DNA of 62,429 nucleotides, taken from positions 1 through 62,429 of the forward strand of contig JAGXNO010000020.1 of NCBI GenBank assembly GCA_019894975.1, given 5' to 3'. Shown one piece after another: positions 30,363 to 39,670 of the stretch. Source of the stretch: Promethearchaeota archaeon. GTDB taxonomy: Archaea; Asgardarchaeota; Lokiarchaeia; Sigyniarchaeales; SOKP01. Under the pieces are notes generated by a model. The model was not told where the DNA came from, did no database searches, and saw only the letters and a program-made list of their open reading frames with translations. Both the position numbers and the translations under genes were made by a program. Position 1 is the first letter of the stretch, and the number at the start of each line of letters is the position of its first letter.

Positions 30363-31585
30363 ATGTCATTTGAAGAGTTAAGTAAAAAATTAACCGAATT
30401 TATGAAGGATACTGAAGAAATAGAGTTAACAGATGTCGATCTCTTTGCTGAATATCTCGAACTTCAGATGTTACCTAGTATAGTACAAGCCGCGGCTCAA
30501 GCTACTCTGCCTGGAGTTCCTGGAAAAGCAGAATGGACGCCTGCAAAATTCTCTCTTGATATAAATTATCCTGGTACAATTCAGACGATTGAATTTATAC
30601 GTTCTAACGGGAAAAAGGCTACAATAGGTGGAGAGGTTGTCCCTCCTTTTTACAACTTCCTAGGGCTTGATAAACGGAATCCTAATCCCCCATTGGTAAC
30701 CTATGACGTGTTTGATATGGGCTCTAAAATGATGCTTCCGAAACCTATCAAGCAGGAATACGGTGAAGTATTAGCAGATCCTGCTGAATGGGCCAAATTC
30801 GCAGTTGATAAGTTTGGAGCTGAATGTATAACATTTCATTCGCTTGAAATTGATCCTGCGATGGGTGATGCTCCAGTTTCACAGTCAGTAAAATATCTCG
30901 AAGAAATTCTACAAGCTGTTGACGTTCCTGTCATAATCGGATGCTCTGGTAATAAGAAAAAGGACGTCGAGCTTTTTAAAGAGACAGCGAGTATAACTGA
31001 AAGCGAGGTTTTGATGCTTTCAGCAGCAGATAAAGCCACATGGGAAGAAGTAAGAAATTGAGATCTACTCAATACCTTCAGATTCCCTTGGCTGTCAAAT
31101 ATGACCACAACTGCCTACTCTGGACAAGCCTCGACCTAAATAACCAAATTAAGATGAACAAGGACGCCCTAGAACTCGGTCTTCCACCTAACCGAATAGT
31201 AATGGACCCCACATGCGCCACGCTTGGATATGGCCTTGAATACAGCTTCAGCATTTACCAAAGGATGCGTATCGCGGGACTCCTCGGGGAAACCGATCTA
31301 GCTTACCCCATCAGCGGCGGCACTACCAATGCCTGGGGCGCACGTGAAGCCTGGATGTCAGAAAAACAAGCCCCTGAATGGGGACTGCGTCAATACAGAG
31401 GCCCTATATGGGAAATTCTAAATGCACTAAGCTTAAGTCTTGTTGGTTTAGACTTGGCGATGATGTTCCATCCCGTTGCTGCAAAACACATGAAAGAAAT
31501 CACACAGCAATTTTTCGCAGACATTCCTAAACATTTGGAAGAAAAGGGCTACACAGATTGGGTTAACGCCAATTTAAAACGTTAG
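30363..31585 (+). CDS. cdhD: Corrinoid iron-sulfur protein small subunit (ACDS delta), interrupted by a 29-nt intron; exons 30363..31052 and 31082..31585, 397 aa if spliced
   Basis: Two track ORFs (30363..31061 and 31040..31585) are the N- and C-halves of CdhD (IGGEVVPPFY, DPAEWAK, PVIIGCSGN..KD, RIVMDPT..LGYGLEYS, NAWGAREAW, MMFHP). Removing 31053..31081 joins them in frame. Confidence 0.92.
31053..31081 (+). other. Candidate bulge-helix-bulge (BHB) mRNA intron
   Basis: Outer helix GGGAA/TTCCC (extended by AGCCA/TGGCT), central 4-bp helix GAAG/CTTC, 3-nt bulges TAA and AGA, inner hairpin ATTGAG-atcta-CTCAAT. Cutting after the 2nd nt of each bulge restores the reading frame. Confidence 0.88.
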
Positions 31586-31745
31586 ATTTTCAATCTTTCT
31601 CTTTTTATTTTTTTAGAATATAGTAATAAGAATTATTTATTCCTGCTAAACTTAAAAAAGAATCAAGATCTTTTGTCTTAAATCTTTACATAACCAAAGA
31701 TATTCTGATGACAGATTCATATCAAAAAAAAAAGAAAGATGAATT

Positions 31746-31853
31746 TTATTTAGAATGATATTTTTTCGCATGTTTTTGTAAATCTTTCATCGCTTTCTTT
31801 TCAGTTTTTTCTTCAAAAGTCATACCACATTTCGAACATTCAACTTTTTCCAT
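31746..31853 (-). CDS. 35-aa C2H2-type zinc-binding microprotein (DUF1059-like pattern)
   Basis: Not in the ORF track. Sequence MEKVECSKCGMTFEEKTEKKAMKDLQKHAKKYHSK; GAGGTGA SD 7 nt upstream of the ATG (an alternative in-frame ATG is at 31859). Confidence 0.75.
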   Translation of the reverse strand: MEKVECSKCGMTFEEKTEKKAMKDLQKHAKKYHSK

Positions 31854-32108
31854 ACACATTTCACCTCAAATTTAATATTATCTCTAACTACCTTATAAGA
31901 AAAATTGGGAAATTTAAACCTATTTCTGACAAATTGAATAGAAATATAAAATTAGATGAAATAAATATAAGATTGAACCAGGTTATTATTTCAAAATATA
32001 AATACTTCAATAATCTGATATTTCAGCGAATTAATCAAAATAAATATATCTGATTTTGTAATTACTATTCTATTTATTTTTTTTAAAAAAATGCGATGGT
32101 AAATAATT

Positions 32109-33020
32109 ATGAAGAAAGTTGTTGATAATGTCTATGTGGTGAAACCTTTTGATCCTAAAGCTGTTGATTGTTGTGTTTATCTCATTGACACAAAAAGTGA
32201 TGATGGATTAATTTTGGTGGATGCTGGAATTACTTTCGAACAGATTCAGGATATTGAGAAAGATGGGTTTAATCTGGCCGATATAAAGCATTGTCTTATA
32301 ACTCACGGTCATTTGGATCATTTTGGGGTTTGTTTTAGATTAAAAGAATTTAATAAAGACATTAAATTTTACGCGCACGAGCTAGATGCTGAGAGGATTG
32401 AGCAAAAACTAACAGGACCATTCCCCAATCAGTTTTATGCCAATTATAAATACGAACCTGTTAAAGTTACGCATAGGATTACTATCGATAATGAAATATT
32501 AAAATTTGGGCAGCTAGAAGTAAAGTGTATTCACATTCCAGGGCATACACCCGGATCTATAGCATATATTTCGGAAATTAGTGAAAAAAAAATTCTATTT
32601 GCTGGAGATATTCCCGGAATAGCGATAAATATTGGAGATGGCAATTTGAATCAGTATATTAATTCAATGGAGAAAATTCTAAAGTTCGCTGTAGATATAC
32701 TCTGTGAGGGGCATGAAGAAGTAAGCCAACCTGCAGAAAAAGTTAGAAAGTTTATTAAGGGGTATTTAGAATTTAATAAAAAGCTTAATTCAATAGTTTT
32801 AGAAACCCCAAAGGATACAGAAGTTTTGCTTTCTTTAGCTATATTATCAGATGAACTTGGGTGGTATAGTTCTGTTGTAGACTTTTGTAATTACTTGTTA
32901 GAGATTGATCCTCAGAATTCTGAAGCAAAGCGATTACTTGAGAAGATGAAAGAGTTAAATCCCCCTAAAATAGAATTTGTTAAAAGGCTAATTGAGGAAA
33001 ATTACAAAGGAGATAATTAG
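32109..33020 (+). CDS. MBL-fold metallo-hydrolase with a C-terminal TPR-like helical extension
   Basis: THGHLDH, HIPGHTPGS, FAGD, CEGH; C-terminal LEIDPQNSEA. Confidence 0.88.
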   Translation: MKKVVDNVYVVKPFDPKAVDCCVYLIDTKSDDGLILVDAGITFEQIQDIEKDGFNLADIKHCLITHGHLDHFGVCFRLKEFNKDIKFYAHELDAERIEQKLTGPFPNQFYANYKYEPVKVTHRITIDNEILKFGQLEVKCIHIPGHTPGSIAYISEISEKKILFAGDIPGIAINIGDGNLNQYINSMEKILKFAVDILCEGHEEVSQPAEKVRKFIKGYLEFNKKLNSIVLETPKDTEVLLSLAILSDELGWYSSVVDFCNYLLEIDPQNSEAKRLLEKMKELNPPKIEFVKRLIEENYKGDN

Positions 33021-33038
33021 GATAAAAAATTCAATAAA

Positions 33039-33920
33039 TTAAATTAATTTTTCTTTGAGTTTAGTTGCTTCTTTTTCGAGATCAGCACTTTCTAACCATT
33101 CATTAACACCATCCAAATCTTCAGTTGGATAGCTATAGGAATGGTCTAAATCGGGATACTGACTACCAACAATTTCATCTTTATAACTGTTGAGAGCATC
33201 TCTAATATTTTGACCAATTTGACCAAAGTGCTTGACAAACTTTGGTTTAAATTCTGTAAAAATTCCAAGCATATCATATATAATGATAATTTGGCCATCG
33301 CAATATTGTCCCGCCCCAATTCCAATAGTTGGGATATCCACTGTACTAGTTACTAATTTCGCAATCTGCCATGGAATACCTTCAAGGACGATGGAAAAGA
33401 CACCAGCATCTTGTAAGTTTATAGCATCTATTATTAATTTCTTTGCCGCATCAATAGTTTTTCCTTGAACTAGATGCCCTCCGAACCTATATACTTTTTG
33501 TGGGGTTAAGCCAATATGACCCATGACTTCAATATCTGCATCAAGAATTGCTTTTACAGTGGGTAAAATTTCTGTCCCTCCTTCAACTTTAACAGCTTCT
33601 GCCCCACCCTCTTGAATAAATCTCCCAGCATTATATACTGCATCTCTGATATTAATTTTATAAGAAAGAAATGGCATATCACCTACTAGCAAGGCATTCG
33701 ATACCCCCCTTGAGACCGCTTTAGTATGGTGTATCATCTGATCTAGCGTCACTCCTAGTGTATTTTCATGACCTAAGATTACTTGAGAAAGTGAATCTCC
33801 TACTAGAATTAAATCAAATCCGCACTCATCCACAATTCTGCCAAATGAATAATCGTAAGCAGTAATGGTAACAATTTTTTCCCCATTTTTCTTCTTTTCG
33901 ATTATTTTCTTCGTTGTCAT
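33039..33920 (-). CDS. panB: 3-methyl-2-oxobutanoate hydroxymethyltransferase
   Basis: TAYD, LVGDSL, DMPF, VKVEGG, GHIGLTPQ, GIGAG..CDGQ. Confidence 0.96.
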   Translation of the reverse strand: MTTKKIIEKKKNGEKIVTITAYDYSFGRIVDECGFDLILVGDSLSQVILGHENTLGVTLDQMIHHTKAVSRGVSNALLVGDMPFLSYKINIRDAVYNAGRFIQEGGAEAVKVEGGTEILPTVKAILDADIEVMGHIGLTPQKVYRFGGHLVQGKTIDAAKKLIIDAINLQDAGVFSIVLEGIPWQIAKLVTSTVDIPTIGIGAGQYCDGQIIIIYDMLGIFTEFKPKFVKHFGQIGQNIRDALNSYKDEIVGSQYPDLDHSYSYPTEDLDGVNEWLESADLEKEATKLKEKLI

Positions 33921-34197
33921 TTTACTTAAACTAATTTAAAACACCTTTTTTAATATTTTTTTTAAAAATTTTTTGCAATTAGTTAAACAAATTTTTTGAA
34001 AAGTTTAACATTGTATATTCTTTCTTTTTTAAAATAATATATAGATTTGGTATAAATTATATAAATTTCAATAGACTAAATTTGGATTTAGAAATCTGGT
34101 TCATTTTAAAATTTTACTATAAAGTGAAGAAAAGTGAATGAAAAATATGACTTTAGCTTTCTGAAAAATTTATTTTTGAATATTCCTTCTTTTTTAT

Positions 34198-35280
34198 ATG
34201 AAAACAAAATACGATCCTTTTGCTCGAGGACCATTTCCAGTAGGTGTACGCACCCAAGAGCTAAATGATGAATCTCGAAAGAGAAACTTACCAATAGAAT
34301 TTTGGTATCCCGCCACAGATGACTTTAAGGGTCAAGATTTAGATAGAGAAAATCAAGATAAGTACACTCTTTTTACTCAAATAAGACAAGAAGCGATTAG
34401 AGACGCTACCCTCAGAGATGGTTGTTTTCCATTGATATTATTCTCACATGGATATAGTGGGCACAGACGTCAAACGACGCATTTATGCTGTCATTTTGCT
34501 AGTCATGGGTATATCGTAGCATCACCAGATCATGTAGGTAACACTATGATGGACATAATGGAAGCGACTAGACGAAGCTCCCCTGAGGAAACAACAAAAA
34601 TGGCTATGCAATCTGCAGTCGATAGACCAGCAGATATTTCATTCTTAATTGATAGCATTGTATCTGGAAAAACCTGGGTTCCTCAAAATTCTGTCGATGC
34701 TGAGAGAATAGGTATTTCAGGTCACTCTTTTGGAGGTTGGACAACGGTCCTGGCAACAAGCCGAGATGAGAGGATTAAAGCAGCGTTGCCCCTCGCTCCT
34801 GGGGGTGGTGATTCTACTGAAAATGGAGAAGAACAGAATGAAAATAGACCATTAAATGTTATACGTAAATTTTGGAAGCGTAATGTTGGTATCTTGTATC
34901 TGACCGGGGAAAAGGATACACTAGTAGCTTTAAAAGGTGTAATAGATCTTTATAATCGCACACCAGATCCCAAACGAATGGTGGTATTAAATAATGCTGA
35001 TCATTTCCATTTTAATGATGGTATTGAACAAGTACATGAATATTTCCGGAATCTACAAAAGACTATGGAAGGAAATAATCTAGAACGCCAAATATTATCA
35101 AAAGCGATGCAACCGATATCGGAATTACATCCTTCAAAAGGAACTTATGATTATATTCGTGGGTTAGGACTTGCTAACATGGATGCTTATCTCAAAGATA
35201 ATAAGGAAGCAATGAAATTCCTTGATAGCGACTTAAAAACTCTATTAGCAGGCAGAAATATTGATGTTTCTATATATTAA
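34198..35280 (+). CDS. Alpha/beta hydrolase (PAF-acetylhydrolase/dienelactone hydrolase-like)
   Basis: FSHGYSG, nucleophile elbow GHSFGG, GEKD, DHFHF. Confidence 0.88.
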   Translation: MKTKYDPFARGPFPVGVRTQELNDESRKRNLPIEFWYPATDDFKGQDLDRENQDKYTLFTQIRQEAIRDATLRDGCFPLILFSHGYSGHRRQTTHLCCHFASHGYIVASPDHVGNTMMDIMEATRRSSPEETTKMAMQSAVDRPADISFLIDSIVSGKTWVPQNSVDAERIGISGHSFGGWTTVLATSRDERIKAALPLAPGGGDSTENGEEQNENRPLNVIRKFWKRNVGILYLTGEKDTLVALKGVIDLYNRTPDPKRMVVLNNADHFHFNDGIEQVHEYFRNLQKTMEGNNLERQILSKAMQPISELHPSKGTYDYIRGLGLANMDAYLKDNKEAMKFLDSDLKTLLAGRNIDVSIY

Positions 35281-35304
35281 AAAATCAATTCTATTTTCAA
35301 ATCC

Positions 35305-35631
35305 TTACTTTTCCTTTTCTAAACATTTCCATGAATCAACAATTAACTGATATTCAAAGTATTTATCAGTGATTTTAGATCTTGGATTTTTATGTCTAGC
35401 TTCCGCTTTAATCAACTCTCCCGTTGTTTCGATTTTGTTACTACAAATAAGATCTTCTTTAGTATAAATTACAATCTGATGTCCGTCGTCTATATCGAAA
35501 TAATGCATAAACGGATGAGATTCAACGAACATTGTAATATGTTGCCATATATCCGTTGCAAGATTACCAATAATTTTAACTTTTTTTCCTATATTGCTTT
35601 CAAAATCAAAATAATTTGTAATGTTTGCCAT
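35305..35631 (-). CDS. Hypothetical protein (possible OB fold)
   Basis: 108-aa ORF with IGKKVKIIG start and beta-rich composition; fills the intergenic space. Confidence 0.6.
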   Translation of the reverse strand: MANITNYFDFESNIGKKVKIIGNLATDIWQHITMFVESHPFMHYFDIDDGHQIVIYTKEDLICSNKIETTGELIKAEARHKNPRSKITDKYFEYQLIVDSWKCLEKEK

Positions 35632-35727
35632 AATTACTGGTTATGAAATTCAAATATTAATATTCATTTTTTTTATATCTATTATTCTTTATTATCTTAT
35701 TGAAATAAAATTTAGAGGGATCTTAAG

Positions 35728-36519
35728 TTGGATGATGAAAAAGTTGGAGAATATTGGGATGAAAATGCGGAAAATTGGACAAAACTTGCCAGAATGGGAT
35801 ATGATCGATGTAGAGATCTAATTAATTCTCCTGCTTTCTTTAAATTGTTACCTCAAATTACAGGGTTAAATGGTTTGGATATTGGTTGTGGAGAGGGGTA
35901 TAATACCAGAATCGCAGCAAAAAAAGGAGCAAAAATGACTGCGATAGATATATCCAAGGTGTTTATAAAGTATGCTAAAGAGATGGAACAGCAAGAATCA
36001 CTTGGGATCAAATACGAAGTTGCTAGTGCAACTGAACTTCCATTTCCAGAAAACTATTTTGATTTCGCCATGGCAACTATGAGTCTTATGGATATTGCTG
36101 AAAATGAAAAAGCGATTAAAGAAGCCTTTAGAGTTATTATCCCTGGAGCATTCTTTCAGTTTTCAATTATTCATCCTATTATTGCCAATTCAGAAGGATG
36201 GGTTAGAAATGAGAAAGGTGAAAAAGTTGGATTTGTTGTCAAAGATTATTTTAAGAAATTTAGCGGTGAATTTGAGGAATGGATATTTGGTGCTGCCCCG
36301 AAAGAATTAACTGAAAAGATGAGAAAATTTAAAATTCCAAGATTTACTCGAACTTTATCTGAATGGCTAAATCTGCTCATTGATACAGGTTTCATTTTGG
36401 AAAAGTTTTGTGAACCATATGCTGATGATGAAACAATAAAAAAGTATCCAGAGGAATATGATTCCCGAATTATCCCATGGTTTTTAATTATACGATGTAG
36501 AAAACCAAAATTAGGATAA
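35728..36519 (+). CDS. Class I SAM-dependent methyltransferase
   Basis: LDIGCGEG, AIDIS, LPFPENYFD. Confidence 0.9.
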   Translation: MDDEKVGEYWDENAENWTKLARMGYDRCRDLINSPAFFKLLPQITGLNGLDIGCGEGYNTRIAAKKGAKMTAIDISKVFIKYAKEMEQQESLGIKYEVASATELPFPENYFDFAMATMSLMDIAENEKAIKEAFRVIIPGAFFQFSIIHPIIANSEGWVRNEKGEKVGFVVKDYFKKFSGEFEEWIFGAAPKELTEKMRKFKIPRFTRTLSEWLNLLIDTGFILEKFCEPYADDETIKKYPEEYDSRIIPWFLIIRCRKPKLG

Positions 36520-36534
36520 ATTGAAAAATCTTAT

Positions 36535-37023
36535 TCATTCACTTGAAATTTTCTTTGCAAATTCATAAATTGTTGCCCCAAAGAAATTACCAGTCTTACC
36601 TGTTTTTGTAAATCCATTTTTTCTATAAAAATTTTGAGCTCTTTGCAAGACTTCAGTAGTATCTAATGTTAAAAAAGTGCACCCCTGAGAAAGACCATCG
36701 CTTTCCACTTTTTTCAACAAATCTATTGCGGGACTATCTTTTCCTTGTATTCTAGGATGTACAGCCATCCCTCGTATATGTCCTTCTTTATTATTCACTT
36801 TTTTCCACCCAATAGTTCCTGTTATTTCTTCATTTTTATCAACTGCAATATAGATTGACATATTTTTAATTCGCTCTACCACAGCTTTTTCTGACATTAC
36901 TGTATCAGCAAACCCTTCTGGAGAATAAAAATACCGAAATTCCTCAAAAGCAGCTAAAAAAATTTCATGGATTCCTTTAGCGTCTTTAGGTTTAGCTTTT
37001 CTAATAAGGTATTTCAATATCAT
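36535..37023 (-). CDS. GNAT-family N-acetyltransferase
   Basis: IRKA..D, IRGMAVHPRIQGK, AQNFYRKNGF. Confidence 0.9.
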   Translation of the reverse strand: MILKYLIRKAKPKDAKGIHEIFLAAFEEFRYFYSPEGFADTVMSEKAVVERIKNMSIYIAVDKNEEITGTIGWKKVNNKEGHIRGMAVHPRIQGKDSPAIDLLKKVESDGLSQGCTFLTLDTTEVLQRAQNFYRKNGFTKTGKTGNFFGATIYEFAKKISSE

Positions 37024-37050
37024 CGATATAAAAATATTTATTATTTACTA

Positions 37051-38139
37051 CTAAGATTTTAGAGGGTAAGTGCCCCATTTTTTTATTGCTTTAGGTATTG
37101 CTAATATGTTATTTAGTGAAACACCCCAAGGCAGGCAACAAATTGGACCAACAGCATATCTTCCCCCATAAGCTAAACGTGAAATGTTTTCTTTTACTTT
37201 TTCCTCGACATCTAAAGGTGTACCACTGAATAGTTCACGGCTCACATCAATATTTGCTCCCACTATTGTTACCTCGGGATGCTCTTCTTTAAAACGTACC
37301 CAATAATTAATATCTAGCGGATGTGAACCATTAACAGCTGAAATATCAAGATTTCTACACATTTCATCAAAGTAAGGAGTAGTCCCACAGTTATGAATCA
37401 TCATTCGAGCTTTAGTCTTATCTTGCAATCGTTTAATAAATTGTCCTTCATACTTCATTGCATCCTCGAAACTCATCATGTGTTTGTTAAATGCATACGC
37501 TGTAAAGAAGATCGTTCCACCTTGACCTACTTTTTCATTATAGAAATTGTAAAGATCCATCTGAGATTGATATACTTTTTCACATAATTGAAGTAGTAGA
37601 TCTGGACTCTTCCTCATATCTCTATATGCTTGTACTCCCCTCAATTCCTGAACGACAGACCAAATGCCAAGGGCACAGCTTTGCGGAAATTTCGTTTTTT
37701 CTTGTACAAATTTTACAGCAGAAATACACGTATCCCAAAGTGATATCTTGCTATGATCTGGAATTTCTAATTTTTCAATATCCTCCTCAGTTTTACAGAT
37801 AGCTCCCTGTTTAGCCATGAATACTTTGTAATCATACCAATTAATCATATTATCTTTATTATTAGCTTCTGCAAAAGCTAAGGCTTCAGCAGGACCAGCG
37901 TAAGCTGTAGGTATGGAAAGAGTATCCGCTTTCAGGAATTCATAAGTCTTAATAGCAGCATTTCCATAAATTTTAGGAGAAGATATGAGTTCTCGATACG
38001 TTTTTCCTGACACTCGGCAGATCATTTCTTCACAAGCAAGAGGAAAAAATGGAACACGATCAATATTAGGTGATCCCAAGAAAGTTGCCAACAACCTCCG
38101 TTTCGATGCTTCCCAATCATGTGGCATTTTAATTATCAC
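37051..38139 (-). CDS. URO-D superfamily methylcobamide methyltransferase (MtaA/CmuA-like); start may be the ATG at 38127
   Basis: DRVPFFP, Zn-binding HNCG and distal GPICCLP; adjacent to a corrinoid protein. Confidence 0.8.
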   Translation of the reverse strand: MIIKMPHDWEASKRRLLATFLGSPNIDRVPFFPLACEEMICRVSGKTYRELISSPKIYGNAAIKTYEFLKADTLSIPTAYAGPAEALAFAEANNKDNMINWYDYKVFMAKQGAICKTEEDIEKLEIPDHSKISLWDTCISAVKFVQEKTKFPQSCALGIWSVVQELRGVQAYRDMRKSPDLLLQLCEKVYQSQMDLYNFYNEKVGQGGTIFFTAYAFNKHMMSFEDAMKYEGQFIKRLQDKTKARMMIHNCGTTPYFDEMCRNLDISAVNGSHPLDINYWVRFKEEHPEVTIVGANIDVSRELFSGTPLDVEEKVKENISRLAYGGRYAVGPICCLPWGVSLNNILAIPKAIKKWGTYPLKS

Positions 38140-38770
38140 CCATTAGATTTTTAATTATTTTAACACCCTTCCATCCATCTTTAGTCCACGCATCAGCTCC
38201 AATATATTTACAAGATTCTTCAGAGAGTATACCCCCACCTACTATGATTTTAGCCTTAATTCCCTTTTTCTTAAGCATAGTAACAGTTTCAATCATTTTA
38301 GAGATCGTTACGGTTAATAATCCACTCAATGCAATAATATCTGGATCCTCTTTCAGAGCAACTTCAACAAATTTTTCAGGGGGGACATCGACCCCTAAAT
38401 CAAAGATCTCAAATCCTTGGCCTTGCAAGAGAGCAATAATAATACTTTTACCAATATCATGAATATCTCCTTCAGGAGTACCAATTAATATTTTCCCTTT
38501 GGTATCATGCTTTTCCCATATTAACTTAGGTCTAACAATATTCATGCACTCATTAATAGCATCTGCCGCAAGGAGCATATCAGCTAAAAAGTATTCCCCC
38601 TTCTCATACCTTATACCTACTTCTTCGGCTCCACGAATTATTGCTTCATCTAAAATTTGTTTGGAGTCGATATTTGTATCAATTGCTTTATGAATAAAAC
38701 CCACTGCTTCTTCTGAAATTCCTTCAACAATGCTATTTCTCAAATTATCTAAAATTTCATCCTTCTTCAA
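38129..38770 (-). CDS. Methyltransferase cognate corrinoid protein (MtbC/MttC-like)
   Basis: B12 cap domain, GDIHDIGK (DxHxxG), DLGVDVPPE, SGLL, VGGG. Confidence 0.93.
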   Translation of the reverse strand: MKKDEILDNLRNSIVEGISEEAVGFIHKAIDTNIDSKQILDEAIIRGAEEVGIRYEKGEYFLADMLLAADAINECMNIVRPKLIWEKHDTKGKILIGTPEGDIHDIGKSIIIALLQGQGFEIFDLGVDVPPEKFVEVALKEDPDIIALSGLLTVTISKMIETVTMLKKKGIKAKIIVGGGILSEESCKYIGADAWTKDGWKGVKIIKNLMGDN

Positions 38771-38894
38771 TTTAATCTTCTCACTAATGATGATTTTGGA
38801 AGAATATAGCGTTTAAAATACTCTTATTAAAATTAATTTTCATAAAAACTTTATTAAATAACAAAATAAAAAAAAGACTTATTGAAAGAGCTTT

Positions 38895-39122
38895 TTAAGC
38901 TTTTTCTATCTTTATCTGGTAATTTTCTCCTTCAAGAGTGAATTCTAGAAGGTTGTCGCTATGTTTTTGAATATAGCGTTTAATATTTTCTCCCGCTTCT
39001 GCAAAATCACCAACAACTTCAAGAATATCTCCCTTGTTCATTTCAAGTAGTTTTCTCTTAGTTTTTGCTACGGGCATCGGGCACACTAGTCCCGAACAAT
39101 CTAATTTTTGCGAATTTGTCAT
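38895..39122 (-). CDS. TusA/SirA-family sulfur carrier
   Basis: LDCSGLVCPMPV motif, 75 aa. Confidence 0.9.
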   Translation of the reverse strand: MTNSQKLDCSGLVCPMPVAKTKRKLLEMNKGDILEVVGDFAEAGENIKRYIQKHSDNLLEFTLEGENYQIKIEKA

Positions 39123-39140
39123 GATACCTATTATCCCCCT

Positions 39141-39500
39141 TTAGCTAAAAAGAACTTTATCAGCTTCATCGCACATCTCAACTAATGCATTCATTGTTGT
39201 CTTTTTTATACCATCAATTAACTCGTCCTCTGAAACACCTCTAGCTTTCATACAAACACCACATGCTTTCACATTTCCTCCCTCTGAAAGAACATCTTTC
39301 ATCCATTTACCGATATTATCATATGTTGAGGGATCTTGGTTTTTTTTTCCTACAAAAATACCGTCTTCTACTAAAAATATGTTGATTTTAAAATCCTCCA
39401 ATAGAGCGGTGTAAGCAAATCTCAGCATTGTGAAGGGTCGTTCAGCGGTATAGGGTCCATCGCCTATTATAATTGTGAATGTAGTTTCTTTTTCTGTCAC
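39141..39500 (-). CDS. DsrE/TusD-family sulfur-relay protein
   Basis: GPY, IFLVEDGI, ACGVCMKARG. Confidence 0.9.
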   Translation of the reverse strand: MTEKETTFTIIIGDGPYTAERPFTMLRFAYTALLEDFKINIFLVEDGIFVGKKNQDPSTYDNIGKWMKDVLSEGGNVKACGVCMKARGVSEDELIDGIKKTTMNALVEMCDEADKVLFS

Positions 39501-39670
39501 TTTAAAATTTTCCTCTATATTACATTATAATGTCTTTAAACTTGTATTTTAAAAAAAGGTCAAAGATTTATTAATTTTTTCGTAATGGTTTATTAAAAAA
39601 ATCAATAAATAAAAATAGATTAATTGTCTAGTATTATACAATATAAGATATCGTATTGGCGATCTGAAGC

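Noticed and set aside
31059-31061. Selenocysteine or readthrough at the cdhD TGA
   Set aside because: Readthrough stays in the wrong frame and hits TAA about 25 codons later; the CdhD C-half is in another frame.
31040-31085. Programmed -1 frameshift, simple sequencing indel or split-gene explanation for cdhD
   Set aside because: No slippery heptamer is evident, a frameshift or single indel would leave about 10 extra residues in the domain, and none of these explains the exact BHB geometry.
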